A stretch of DNA of 45,845 nt from positions 1 to 45,845 of IMG/VR virus record IMGVR_UViG_3300034088_000041, one strand, 5' to 3'. The translations under genes were made by a program, and so were the position numbers. Below the pieces are notes generated by a model, which saw only the letters and a list, made by a program, of their open reading frames with translations, was not told the origin of the DNA and searched no databases. Below, piece by piece: positions 33,384-41,849 of this stretch (the first letter of the stretch is position 1; each line of letters starts with the position of its first letter). Source of the DNA: a virus (taxonomy: Duplodnaviria; Caudoviricetes).

Positions 33384-33611
33384 ATGACGCTGACGGAATG
33401 GATGGCGACCAAGGGTCACTCGCAGGCGGCGGCCGGGGCGCTCTTCGGGGTGCCGAGCGGGACCGTGTGCCGGTGGGTGACGGGGCAGCGAACCCCGACG
33501 CTCCGGATGGCCCTCGCGATCGAGAAGGCCACCTCCGGCGCGGTCCCCGCGTCGAGCTGGGTCGAGAAGAAGGGTCCTCACGCCCGCAAGCTCGCGCGCC
33601 GCGCGTCGTAG
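33384..33611 (+). CDS. Cro/YdaS-like HTH regulator
   Basis: MTLTEW...SQ.....FGV...TV.RW..G.R.P....A.AIEKAT.GAV pattern. Confidence 0.85.
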   Translation: MTLTEWMATKGHSQAAAGALFGVPSGTVCRWVTGQRTPTLRMALAIEKATSGAVPASSWVEKKGPHARKLARRAS

Positions 33612-33656
33612 CGCGAGGCGGATCGTTCACGCGTAGTCGCCACGGAGGGGAGCACC

Positions 33657-34157
33657 ATGGCAGGCAGGCAGAGCAGGACCGACACGATCGCGCTCGGGCG
33701 GCTCACCCGCCACGAGGTGTGCAACCCCTTCCGTCTCTCGACGGAGGCGGGCATCCCCGGCCGATCACTGTACAACGCGGTCGAGGGGCTCTCGCCCCTC
33801 ACGGTCCCGGATCTCCGGCTCGTCGTCGCCGCCATGGCCCGGCTCGGCCAGGAGGAGGACGCGCTCGAACTCGTCCGCGGTCTGCTCGACCTCGAGTCGC
33901 TCGGCTGGGACCTTCGACATGCCCCCCGCCCCGCAGCGGAAGCGGCCCTCGCGGCCGCCGGTCTCCACGCGGCCGGCGCCGCCGGGGAGGCCGTCGGCGA
34001 GATCGCGGAGGCCGCGGCGGACGGGAAGATTGACGCCGGCGAGGCGGCCGAGCTCGAGCCCTTCGTCGCGCACGCCCGGCACAAGTTCGACCAGCTCCTC
34101 TCCTTCCTGCGCGGACATCCGCGCGGCCAGGCGGCACTGCCGGGGGTGCCGAGGTGA
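33657..34157 (+). CDS. CII-like regulatory protein
   Basis: Follows cro; GE...A.ADGKID..E motif of phage CII-like proteins. Confidence 0.65.
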   Translation: MAGRQSRTDTIALGRLTRHEVCNPFRLSTEAGIPGRSLYNAVEGLSPLTVPDLRLVVAAMARLGQEEDALELVRGLLDLESLGWDLRHAPRPAAEAALAAAGLHAAGAAGEAVGEIAEAAADGKIDAGEAAELEPFVAHARHKFDQLLSFLRGHPRGQAALPGVPR

Positions 34158-34360
34158 TCCGCCTCGCCCCCGACGCCCTCTCCGCCGCCGCGCAGTGCGC
34201 GATCTGCGAGGCCGAGTGCGCCCGCGTCCGGATCCTCGGGGGCCGGGCGGAGTACATGCGCCGCCGCGCCGACGACTACGAGAGGGTGAAGGAGGCGTTC
34301 GACCTTGGCGCCGACCTGATGCTGCAGGCGGCGACCACCTACCGGGGGGCCCAGGCGTGA
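34154..34360 (+). CDS. Hypothetical protein
   Basis: GTGA overlaps; GAGG RBS. Confidence 0.55.
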   Translation: MIRLAPDALSAAAQCAICEAECARVRILGGRAEYMRRRADDYERVKEAFDLGADLMLQAATTYRGAQA

Positions 34361-34611
34361 TCGCCGATCAGCTCTCCCGCCCCGTCCTCGGGGCGCTCGC
34401 CATCGCAGGATGCCTCGTCCTCACGGACGGGGCTGCGGCCAACCCGGGGGCGGGGCCCCCCCCCCCTCCGCTCCCGTCCCCGGGCGCCGCGTTGCTCGAC
34501 GACCTCGACGCGCTCCACCGGCGGCTCGAGGTCCACAACGCCTACCGCGCCGGTCGTGAGTCCTGGCTCGACGTGGGCGTCTACCCGGTGCCCCGGAGGC
34601 CGCGCCCATGA
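34357..34611 (+). CDS. Hypothetical protein with hydrophobic/lipobox-like N-terminus and poly-Pro
   Basis: VLGALAIAGC; C11 tract at 34456-34466. Confidence 0.5.
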   Translation: MIADQLSRPVLGALAIAGCLVLTDGAAANPGAGPPPPPLPSPGAALLDDLDALHRRLEVHNAYRAGRESWLDVGVYPVPRRPRP

Positions 34612-34895
34612 GTCTGCGCTCGCCTCCCGTGGGCAGAATCTCGCACGAGGCCGACCCGCTCGATGTCGTCCGGGCGCTCCGCCGGCGCGACTACGCGCGG
34701 CGCGTGAAGGACTTCGAGGCGGCCTGCGCCCAGCTCTACGACGAGCGCATGGTCCGGACGGCGAACCCCGCGACGGTCCGGCTCTCGGCTGAGGACGCGG
34801 CGCTCGCGCGTCGGCTCGTCGCCGACCAGATCACGTGGGAGGCGAGTTGCGAGGCGCGCTTCGACCCGCTCCGGTTCGGGGGGCCGCGCAGGTGA
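34608..34895 (+). CDS. Hypothetical protein
   Basis: ATGA overlap; GGAGG RBS. Confidence 0.6.
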   Translation: MSLRSPPVGRISHEADPLDVVRALRRRDYARRVKDFEAACAQLYDERMVRTANPATVRLSAEDAALARRLVADQITWEASCEARFDPLRFGGPRR

Positions 34896-35317
34896 TCCAA
34901 GCGGTCCTCGACTTCTCGGCGCCGAAGCCGAAGCCCCCCGTGACGCGCGGGCGCGCCGTCGATCACGTGGTCGCCGCCGCCCTTCGTCGCGTGCTCTACC
35001 GCGCTCACGTCGGGCGCGAGAGCGGGGCGACCTGGGAGCAACTCCTCGGCGAGGTCTCGCGCGAGGGCGTCGAGGTGACGATCGTCCGCCGGCTCCAGGA
35101 GGCCGCGTCCTACCTCCGCCGGGTCGAGAAGGTCCCCGTGGGCGGGACCTCGCGCGACGGGATCTACATCGTGGTCGACGACGCCGACCGGCGGCTCCAG
35201 GTGGCGGAGCGGGTGAAGCGGATCCGAGCGGAGGCCGAGGAGATCGCCGCGCTCGACCGCTCCCTCTACGAGCGGATCGCTCCGCTCCTGATGGCCGTCG
35301 ACCGGAGGGACCCTTGA
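34892..35317 (+). CDS. Hypothetical protein, possibly winged helix
   Basis: GTG start at 34892; R.LQEA..YLR....P.G....G.Y pattern. Confidence 0.6.
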   Translation: MIQAVLDFSAPKPKPPVTRGRAVDHVVAAALRRVLYRAHVGRESGATWEQLLGEVSREGVEVTIVRRLQEAASYLRRVEKVPVGGTSRDGIYIVVDDADRRLQVAERVKRIRAEAEEIAALDRSLYERIAPLLMAVDRRDP

Positions 35318-35931
35318 GCCGCGCCCGAGCTGCCGCTGACCGTGTCGCGAAGGATGCCTACCTGACGCCGTACCCGCTGGCGCTCGCGATCTGCGTGCGC
35401 CTCCGGGACGACTGGGGCCTGAACCCGAGCGTGGTCGTCGAGCCCTCGGCCGGGCGCGGCGCGTTCGTCCGTGCCGCGCGCGAGGTCTGGCCGGGCGCCC
35501 GAATCATCGCGATCGACGTCGACGAGCGGAGCCGAGGCCCCTGCCTCCGGGCCGGCGCCTCGAGCTTCATCCGAGCGTCGTGGCCGAAGGTGGCGCGCCT
35601 CCTCGCTGGGTACCGCGGCGGGCCGATGCTGGTCGTAGGGAATCCTCCCTATAGGCAGGCGCAGCGGCACATCGACGCCGCGCGGGCGCAGCTCATCGAC
35701 GGCGACGCGCTGGTCTTCCTGCTCCGCCTCAACCTCCTGGGCGCCAACAAGCGCGCCCCCTGGTGGGCCGCCGCGCGCGACTTCGCGCGGACCGACACGA
35801 TCTTCCCGCGGCCGTCGTTCCGACAGAAGGGCAACGACGCCACGGAGTACGCGGCCTTCGGCTGGCGTCCGGACCAGCGCGGGCCCGCCATCCACGGGCC
35901 GCCGCTCGTATGGCGGAAGGGGAGGCGGTAG
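35314..35931 (+). CDS. Phage DNA amino-methyltransferase (N6-A/N4-C)
   Basis: D.Y.TP, EPSAG.G (motif I), GNPPY (motif IV) and LLRLN motifs. Confidence 0.85.
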   Translation: MSRARAAADRVAKDAYLTPYPLALAICVRLRDDWGLNPSVVVEPSAGRGAFVRAAREVWPGARIIAIDVDERSRGPCLRAGASSFIRASWPKVARLLAGYRGGPMLVVGNPPYRQAQRHIDAARAQLIDGDALVFLLRLNLLGANKRAPWWAAARDFARTDTIFPRPSFRQKGNDATEYAAFGWRPDQRGPAIHGPPLVWRKGRR

Positions 35932-36008
35932 TGGCGCGCGACGTCACCAGGGCCGGGGATACTCGGGCCACCAACCACACCGGGCCCGGTAGAGGGCAGG
36001 GAGAGCCG

Positions 36009-36641
36009 ATGACGGATCGAAAGAGCATGAGCAAGCGCGTGCGCTTCGAGGTGTTCAAGCGCGACAAGTTCACCTGCGGCTACTGCGGCCGGCACCCGCC
36101 CGACGTCCTGCTCCATGTCGACCACATCACGGCGGTCGCCAATGGAGGGACGGATGACCCCCTCAACCTCGTGACGGCGTGCTCCGACTGCAACCTGGGC
36201 AAGGCAGCCGTGCGGCTCACGAGCGTTGCGCCGTCGCTCGAGGCGCAGGCCGAGGACGCGCTCGAGCGCGCCGAGCAGATCAGGGCCTACGCGGAGATGG
36301 TCGCGCAGGCCCAGACTGCGAGGGCCGACGTGGCGGCGGCCTACTACAAGGCGTTCAACCTCAGCCTTGAGACGGGGTGCGGAGAGGATCCTCCTCCCTT
36401 GCAGCCGCTGGACTCGGAGATCGCGACGATGCGGAACTTCGCGGCGAAGTTGACCGCGGAGGAGCTCTTCGAGGCGATCGAGATCGCGAAGACGGCCGCC
36501 ACCTACAAACCGCACCTTCGAACGGCAATGCGCCCGGACGGCCCGAGCAAGTGGACCGTGTCGAATCTGGACGCTCGGTGGCGCTACTTCTGCGGCATCT
36601 GCTGGAAGAAGATCCGCGACCGCGAGGAAGAGGGGAAGTAG
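36009..36641 (+). CDS. HNH endonuclease-domain protein upstream of the replication gene
   Basis: RFEVFKRD.FTC.YCG...HVDH...GG.D...NLVTAC.DCN.GK motif. Confidence 0.88.
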   Translation: MTDRKSMSKRVRFEVFKRDKFTCGYCGRHPPDVLLHVDHITAVANGGTDDPLNLVTACSDCNLGKAAVRLTSVAPSLEAQAEDALERAEQIRAYAEMVAQAQTARADVAAAYYKAFNLSLETGCGEDPPPLQPLDSEIATMRNFAAKLTAEELFEAIEIAKTAATYKPHLRTAMRPDGPSKWTVSNLDARWRYFCGICWKKIRDREEEGK

Positions 36642-37550
36642 ATGGCGCGCATCGGCCTCACCCTCGATCGGAAGTTCCGCCGCCTCTCGCGCGCGCTCGA
36701 TGACGTCCAGGTGGGCTTCGGCGAGGTCCTCGCGCGGGGCGCGCTGGAGTTGCTCTGGGACGCCGCCTACGAGGCCGCCGACGACTTCATTGGGGACGTG
36801 GTGGACGTCGAGGCAGCGGCCCGCTGGCGTGGCAATGAGGGCGTCCTGCTTGCTGCGCTTCGGGACGCCGGAGGTGAGGGTCGCGCCGGGTTCATCGACG
36901 AGGGCGGGACCGAGTGGTGGCCCGACGGGAAGCCCGGGACGTACCGGGTTCACGACCTCTGGGATCACGCTCCGGACTTCGTCAAGGGGCGCGCCGAGCG
37001 TGAGTTGGCTCGCGAGGAGAAGGGCGAGACGATCTCCTCCCTGCGGGCTGCGGCGGGGCGCAAAGGCCGGGCCAAACAGCTTGGCCGGGCAAGTGACGGG
37101 CAACCGTCAGGCATCCAGACGGCAACCAGCGGGCAAATAAAGCCCACTTGTCCACCTGAACCCGAAAATTCCGGGCAACTGACGGGCAAGTCGCTGGCAA
37201 ATTTGCCCACTCCCCCGCCCCGGGTAGCCCCGGGTAGCCCCGATCCGTCCCTTCCCCGCCCGCACGCTACGCGCTCGGACGGCGGCGGGCGGGCGAGCGG
37301 GGGAACAAAGCTGGGGCCCCTGGGCATAGCGCTCCGCGCCCAATGCTCGAGTGGGCTCGGCTACAGCCTCACTCCGTGCGACCAGGCGAGAGCCGCCCGC
37401 CTGGAGCAGCTCGTCGAGTGGTTCGGCGGCGTTGACGCGGCGGTGGGCTACGTCGCCGCCACGTGCCGCAAGCGCGATGTGAAACCCCAAAGCCTCTCGC
37501 TCGTCGTCGACATGCTCGTCGACGCGGCGGGGCAGGGAGCATCCACGTGA
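36642..37550 (+). CDS. Putative replication initiator protein
   Basis: K..RL, G.L..LW and Y.VHD..DH N-terminal pattern; internal iteron-rich linker. Confidence 0.7.
   Translation: MARIGLTLDRKFRRLSRALDDVQVGFGEVLARGALELLWDAAYEAADDFIGDVVDVEAAARWRGNEGVLLAALRDAGGEGRAGFIDEGGTEWWPDGKPGTYRVHDLWDHAPDFVKGRAERELAREEKGETISSLRAAAGRKGRAKQLGRASDGQPSGIQTATSGQIKPTCPPEPENSGQLTGKSLANLPTPPPRVAPGSPDPSLPRPHATRSDGGGRASGGTKLGPLGIALRAQCSSGLGYSLTPCDQARAARLEQLVEWFGGVDAAVGYVAATCRKRDVKPQSLSLVVDMLVDAAGQGAST
37066..37242. repeat. Candidate replication origin: cluster of (C)GGGCAA iterons in an A-rich patch
   Basis: Repeated CGGGCAA/GGCAA units, including CCGGGCAA(G/C)TGACGGGCAA twice, inverted TTGCCC and tandem CCCGGGTAGC. 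Confidence 0.62.
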
Positions 37551-37696
37551 CCGACCTCCTGCTCTTCGCCCTCGCGGCCGCGCTGGGCCTCTGGGTGCTC
37601 AACCGCGGCGCGCCATGGGACAAGGCGATCCGCCGCCGCGACGCCACGCTCGACCTGACGGGTCACCGCTGGGGCGACCGGGAGCAGCGCTCGTGA
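37547..37696 (+). CDS. Small membrane protein
   Basis: GTGA overlaps on both sides; N-terminal TM helix. Confidence 0.5.
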   Translation: MTDLLLFALAAALGLWVLNRGAPWDKAIRRRDATLDLTGHRWGDREQRS

Positions 37697-38157
37697 TCGC
37701 CTACGTGGTCCCCGGGAAGCCGGTGGGCGTGAACCGCGGCGGCGCCACGGGCACTCGCCTGTGGGGCAAAACCCCCGAGCAGAAGGCCTTCGCGACGCGG
37801 CTGGCCGCCTTCGGCATCCAGGCGCGCCGGCGCGAGCGGTGGGAGACCACCGACGCCCCGGTCTACGTCGCGATCCGGGTCGTGTTCGAGAACGAGCAGC
37901 CGGACACCGACTCGCCCACGAAGCCAATCCTCGACTCGCTTGAGGTGTCTCGGCCGAGGCTGCATCGGCCGGGCGCCGCTCTCCTCGCGAACGATCGCCA
38001 GGTTCGGCTCTACGTGGTCGGCCGCGGCGTGGCCCGAGACGACCCGCGCGTCGAGGTGGCGGTGTTCCTGGGGTCGGAGATCGCGCTCTTCCTTGGCGAG
38101 GTCGAGCGCCTGCTGGCGCTGGACGCCCACGCCCGGATGGGCGGGAGGGCGGCATGA
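37693..38157 (+). CDS. RusA-like Holliday junction resolvase
   Basis: PDTDS.TK.ILDSL, NDRQV and PRVEV motifs. Confidence 0.78.
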   Translation: MIAYVVPGKPVGVNRGGATGTRLWGKTPEQKAFATRLAAFGIQARRRERWETTDAPVYVAIRVVFENEQPDTDSPTKPILDSLEVSRPRLHRPGAALLANDRQVRLYVVGRGVARDDPRVEVAVFLGSEIALFLGEVERLLALDAHARMGGRAA

Positions 38158-39143
38158 GCGTGCAGACGTCGGCACAGGAGTTCCTCGCGACCCTGGTCCA
38201 GTGCGAGCGCCACGTCGCGCTCTTCCCGAGCGGGATGCCGGTCCGCGCCTGCCTGCGGCGCCAGGCGGAGCGGCAGCGCGGCGCGAAGGCGGGCACGCTC
38301 GGCCCGCCGCCGAAGCCTTTCTGCGCTGGGCAGTGCGCTCAGGGGCGGGAGATCGCGACGCTCGCCGCCAGCGTCGGTGTCCAGGCGGCGGCTTGCCCGA
38401 CCTGTGGCGCGGCGCTCATCGGTGGCGTGGCCTGCGAGGTCTGCATGGACACGAAGGCGCCGGCGAAGGGCTTCCTGCCGGCTGGCGTCGAGAAGTCGGA
38501 GCGGATCTGGACGGAGACGCTCCCCGACGTCCCGTTCTCGCCGCCGTCGCCCGGTGCCGGGTTCGGGGCCGCCAGGTCGCTCTGCGTCATCGCGGGGTGC
38601 GGGGTGAGGCTCAAGAAGCCCCACAGCACCGGCGTCTGCTCGACGTGCCGGGCGAACGGCGAGCGCGCGCCGTGGGCATCGGCGCCGGCGGAGCGGGCGG
38701 AGAAGGCGGCAGAGCGAGTGCGCGCGGCGGCGCCGACGGTGGCACCGGCCGCGGTGGTGCAGGTCAACCAGGAGCCGGCACGGCCGGCGAGGGAGGAAGC
38801 GATGGCGGGCAAGACGTGCTCGAAGTGCGGGAAGGATCTCCGGGCGGACAACACCGCGGGCATCTGCGGGGACCAGACGGGATGTCGGGCCCGGGTCGCG
38901 GCGAAGGCCGGGAAGCCCACGCTTCCCCCGAAGCCGGGCCGCGCGCTGAAGGCGGTCGAGAAGCCGAGGAAGAGCGTGCGCGCGGGGGAGTCGGTCCCCT
39001 TCGACCTCGAGGCGCTCGGCATCTGGGAGCCCGCTCAGCTCCGGGTGCTCAAGGCGAAGGTCGACGAGGTCCTCCGGGCGAAGCTCGCGGACCTCGAGGC
39101 CGAGACGCAGGCCGTCCGCGACGCCCTCGGGGAGGCGGCGTAG
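38154..39143 (+). CDS. Multi-Zn-finger hypothetical protein
   Basis: Several CxxC clusters (CPTC/CEVC, CSTC, CSKC). Confidence 0.7.
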   Translation: MSVQTSAQEFLATLVQCERHVALFPSGMPVRACLRRQAERQRGAKAGTLGPPPKPFCAGQCAQGREIATLAASVGVQAAACPTCGAALIGGVACEVCMDTKAPAKGFLPAGVEKSERIWTETLPDVPFSPPSPGAGFGAARSLCVIAGCGVRLKKPHSTGVCSTCRANGERAPWASAPAERAEKAAERVRAAAPTVAPAAVVQVNQEPARPAREEAMAGKTCSKCGKDLRADNTAGICGDQTGCRARVAAKAGKPTLPPKPGRALKAVEKPRKSVRAGESVPFDLEALGIWEPAQLRVLKAKVDEVLRAKLADLEAETQAVRDALGEAA

Positions 39144-39146
39144 CCC

Positions 39147-39332
39147 ATGGCCGTCGTCGTCGCCGACAACGTGCACCGCCAGGTCCTCGAGCTCCTCGTG
39201 GCCCTGCGGGAGCGCGCGCTTGACGGCGACGAGGCGGTGGAGCGGGAGGGGGCGAAGGCCTCCTACCTGCTCGAGCAGCTCGGGATGGCGGAGCGGTTGG
39301 TCGACGGGGGCAGGGGAGGGTGGGAGGCCTGA
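39147..39332 (+). CDS. Hypothetical protein
   Basis: GGAGG RBS; coupled to the next gene. Confidence 0.55.
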   Translation: MAVVVADNVHRQVLELLVALRERALDGDEAVEREGAKASYLLEQLGMAERLVDGGRGGWEA

Positions 39333-39928
39333 TGCCGGGGGTGGCGCTCACGACCGCACAACGGAAGGACCTGGAGGCCATCCTCGCGATGGCCCAGCGG
39401 TCGGGCGCGCCATCCCTGAGCGTGGCTGCGGAGCGCTTCGCCGCGGTCATCGAGAAGCGCGCGCGCGCGGTCGCGCCGCTTCCCGGGCAGCTCGCGCTCT
39501 GGGAGAACGGGGAGCCTTGGCGTGGCCGCCTCGCCGGCGACGACCTCGTACGCTGCGACCGGCTCTCGACCCCGCTCAAGGCCTGCACCATCCCGGTCCG
39601 AACCTGCATCCAACGGCAGGACGCGCGCTGGCCAGGGAAGAAGGCGAAGATCCACGAGCACTGCGGCAGCGGGAAGTGCGCCCAGGGCGCGGAGTACCGC
39701 TCCCGGACGGACTATTCGGCCGAGGAGGACTGGGCGTCGAAGTCGAAGAAGGGCAGCACCGCCTACCAGACCTACCGGAAGGACGCGGGCGTCCAGCGTC
39801 AGCGGATGCGGCAGTTCGACCTTGAGCAGGTCGTTCCGGGGCGAGCTGAGCCCCTCTCTCCGTCGGCGGAGGTGGCAGACCTCGACCCAACGGATGAGGT
39901 ACGCGAGATCATGGAGAGGAAGGCGTAG
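39332..39928 (+). CDS. Cys-containing hypothetical protein
   Basis: TGATG coupling; shares a C..RQ...C.QG.E pattern with the N-terminus of 38154-39143. Confidence 0.62.
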   Translation: MPGVALTTAQRKDLEAILAMAQRSGAPSLSVAAERFAAVIEKRARAVAPLPGQLALWENGEPWRGRLAGDDLVRCDRLSTPLKACTIPVRTCIQRQDARWPGKKAKIHEHCGSGKCAQGAEYRSRTDYSAEEDWASKSKKGSTAYQTYRKDAGVQRQRMRQFDLEQVVPGRAEPLSPSAEVADLDPTDEVREIMERKA

Positions 39929-39930
39929 GC

Positions 39931-40341
39931 GTGGCGGCGAAGAGGAAGAAGAAGAAGCCCGCTCAGAGCAGCGGCGATGCAGCGGGGAGGGCTCCCCCCG
40001 CCGGGCGCCCCTTCGAACCCGGCAGGAGCGCGAACCCCGGGGGCCTGCCCGCGTGGGTGAAGGAGGTCCGCGAGCTCGCGGGCGCCCACTCGAAGGAGGC
40101 CATCGAGCGCCTGGTCACCCTGATGCGCCAGAAGAAGGCGCTGAAGGTCGCGCACGCTGCGGCCTGCGCGATCCTGGACCGCGCAGGCGCGAGGCCGATC
40201 CAGCCGATCGCGGTGACGGATGGGGACGGGAAGCCGGTGCGGGCCTACGACCTTTCGAAGCTGAGCGACAGGGACCTCGTCCAGCTCGAGGCGATGCTCA
40301 AGGCCGCCCAGCCGCCGACTGCCGACGGCGATCCGGAGTAG
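39931..40341 (+). CDS. terS: Terminase small subunit (DUF5681-like)
   Basis: F.PG.S.NP.G motif, ILDR.G and DLSKLSD..L; immediately upstream of TerL. Confidence 0.8.
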   Translation: MAAKRKKKKPAQSSGDAAGRAPPAGRPFEPGRSANPGGLPAWVKEVRELAGAHSKEAIERLVTLMRQKKALKVAHAAACAILDRAGARPIQPIAVTDGDGKPVRAYDLSKLSDRDLVQLEAMLKAAQPPTADGDPE

Positions 40342-40345
40342 GGCC

Positions 40346-41821
40346 GTGCTCGCCGCGACGGCCATCCCTCCGCTCGACGAGGTCCGAGCGGAGCGCGCGC
40401 GCCGGCAGTTCTCAGTCTTCGTCGAGGACGCCTGGCCGATCGTCGAGCCCGCCGCGCCGCTCATCCCCGGGAAGCACCTCGACGCGCTCACCCTGCACCT
40501 GCAGGCGGTCGCCGAGGGGTCGATCCGGAACCTGCTCATCAACGTCCCGCCAGGCCATTCGAAGTCGCTGGTGGTCTCGGTGCTCTGGCCGGCGTGGATG
40601 TGGGCGCGCAGGCCCGCGTGGCGCTGCCTCGCCGCCTCCTACGCCGCCGAGCTCGCGATCCGCGACTCGGTGAAGTGCCGCTCGCTCATCGAGTCGGACT
40701 GGTATCAGGGGGCCTTCGTTCGCGACGCGTGGGCGCTCGCCAGCGATCAGAACGTGAAGAGCTTCTTCCAGAACACGCGCATGGGGTTTCGAGTTGCGCT
40801 CTCCGTTGGGGGGAAAGGGACCGGCTTCCGAGGCGACGCGATCTTGGTCGACGACCCGCTCAACGCGATCGACGCTCACTCGAAGGCGGCCCGCGAGGCG
40901 GTCAAGACGTGGTGGGACCAGCAGATGGGGAACCGGCTCAACGACCTCAAGAAGGGCGCCCGCGTCATCATCATGCAGCGGCTCCACGAGGAGGACCTCT
41001 CGGGCCACCTGCTCGCCGGCGGCGGGTGGGAGCACCTCTGCCTCCCGACCGAGTTCGAGCCGGCGCGCCGAAGCGCGACGAGCATCGGCTGGAAGGACTG
41101 GCGCGAGAAGGCGGGCGAGCTGCTCTTCCCCGCGCTCTTCCCGGCCGACGTCATCGCCGAGGAGAAGCGGCGACTCGGCTCGCTCGGCTTCGCGGGCCAG
41201 CACCAGCAGCGTCCGTCGCCGGCGGACGGGAACCTCTTCAAGCGCAGCTGGTGGCGGCGCTGGCACCGCGCCGGCGACTTCGTCCCCGAGGGGGTCGAGT
41301 CTCGGCTGCTCCCGGAGCGCTTCGACGAGATCGTCATCTCCGTCGACGCCGCCTTCAAGGAAACCAGCGACTCCGACTTCGTCGCGATCGGGGTTTGGGG
41401 TCGGCTCGGCCCCGACAAGTTCCTGCTCGACCAGGTGCGCGACCGCATGGGGTTCAGCGACACCGTGAAGGCGATCCTCGGTCTCATCGCCAAGTTCCCG
41501 CTTGCGAGGGCGAAGCTCATCGAGGACAAGGCCAACGGTTCGGCCGTCATCGAGGTCCTGCGCAAGAAGATCCCCGGCATCATCCCGGTGAACCCGGAGG
41601 GCGGGAAGGAGTCGCGCGCGGCCGCCGTCTCGCCCGAGGTCGAGGCGGGCAACGTCTTCATCCCGCTCGGCGCGCCGTGGGTCTCGGACTACGTCGAGGA
41701 GCACGCGGCCTTCCCGAACGCGGCGCACGACGATCAGGTCGACCAGACCTCGCAGGCGCTGCTGCGGTTCATGCGGCGGCGCGGCGGGCTCTCCTCGCTG
41801 GAGTCGCTCGCGTCGCAGTAG
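40346..41821 (+). CDS. terL: Terminase large subunit
   Basis: INVPPGHSKS Walker A, ILVDDP Walker B, MQRLH, SVD, EDKANG and HDDQVD nuclease motifs. Confidence 0.95.
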   Translation: MLAATAIPPLDEVRAERARRQFSVFVEDAWPIVEPAAPLIPGKHLDALTLHLQAVAEGSIRNLLINVPPGHSKSLVVSVLWPAWMWARRPAWRCLAASYAAELAIRDSVKCRSLIESDWYQGAFVRDAWALASDQNVKSFFQNTRMGFRVALSVGGKGTGFRGDAILVDDPLNAIDAHSKAAREAVKTWWDQQMGNRLNDLKKGARVIIMQRLHEEDLSGHLLAGGGWEHLCLPTEFEPARRSATSIGWKDWREKAGELLFPALFPADVIAEEKRRLGSLGFAGQHQQRPSPADGNLFKRSWWRRWHRAGDFVPEGVESRLLPERFDEIVISVDAAFKETSDSDFVAIGVWGRLGPDKFLLDQVRDRMGFSDTVKAILGLIAKFPLARAKLIEDKANGSAVIEVLRKKIPGIIPVNPEGGKESRAAAVSPEVEAGNVFIPLGAPWVSDYVEEHAAFPNAAHDDQVDQTSQALLRFMRRRGGLSSLESLASQ

Positions 41822-41832
41822 GGACACCCGGT

Positions 41833-41849
41833 GATACGTCGGGAGCATG
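41833..41849 (+). promoter_or_regulatory. GATACG-N8-ATG motif (portal)
   Basis: GATACG TCGGGAGC ATG. Confidence 0.7.

Noticed and set aside
35314-36641. MTase plus HNH as a restriction-modification system
   Set aside because: Both resemble common orphan phage early genes in the replication operon; adjacency alone is insufficient evidence.
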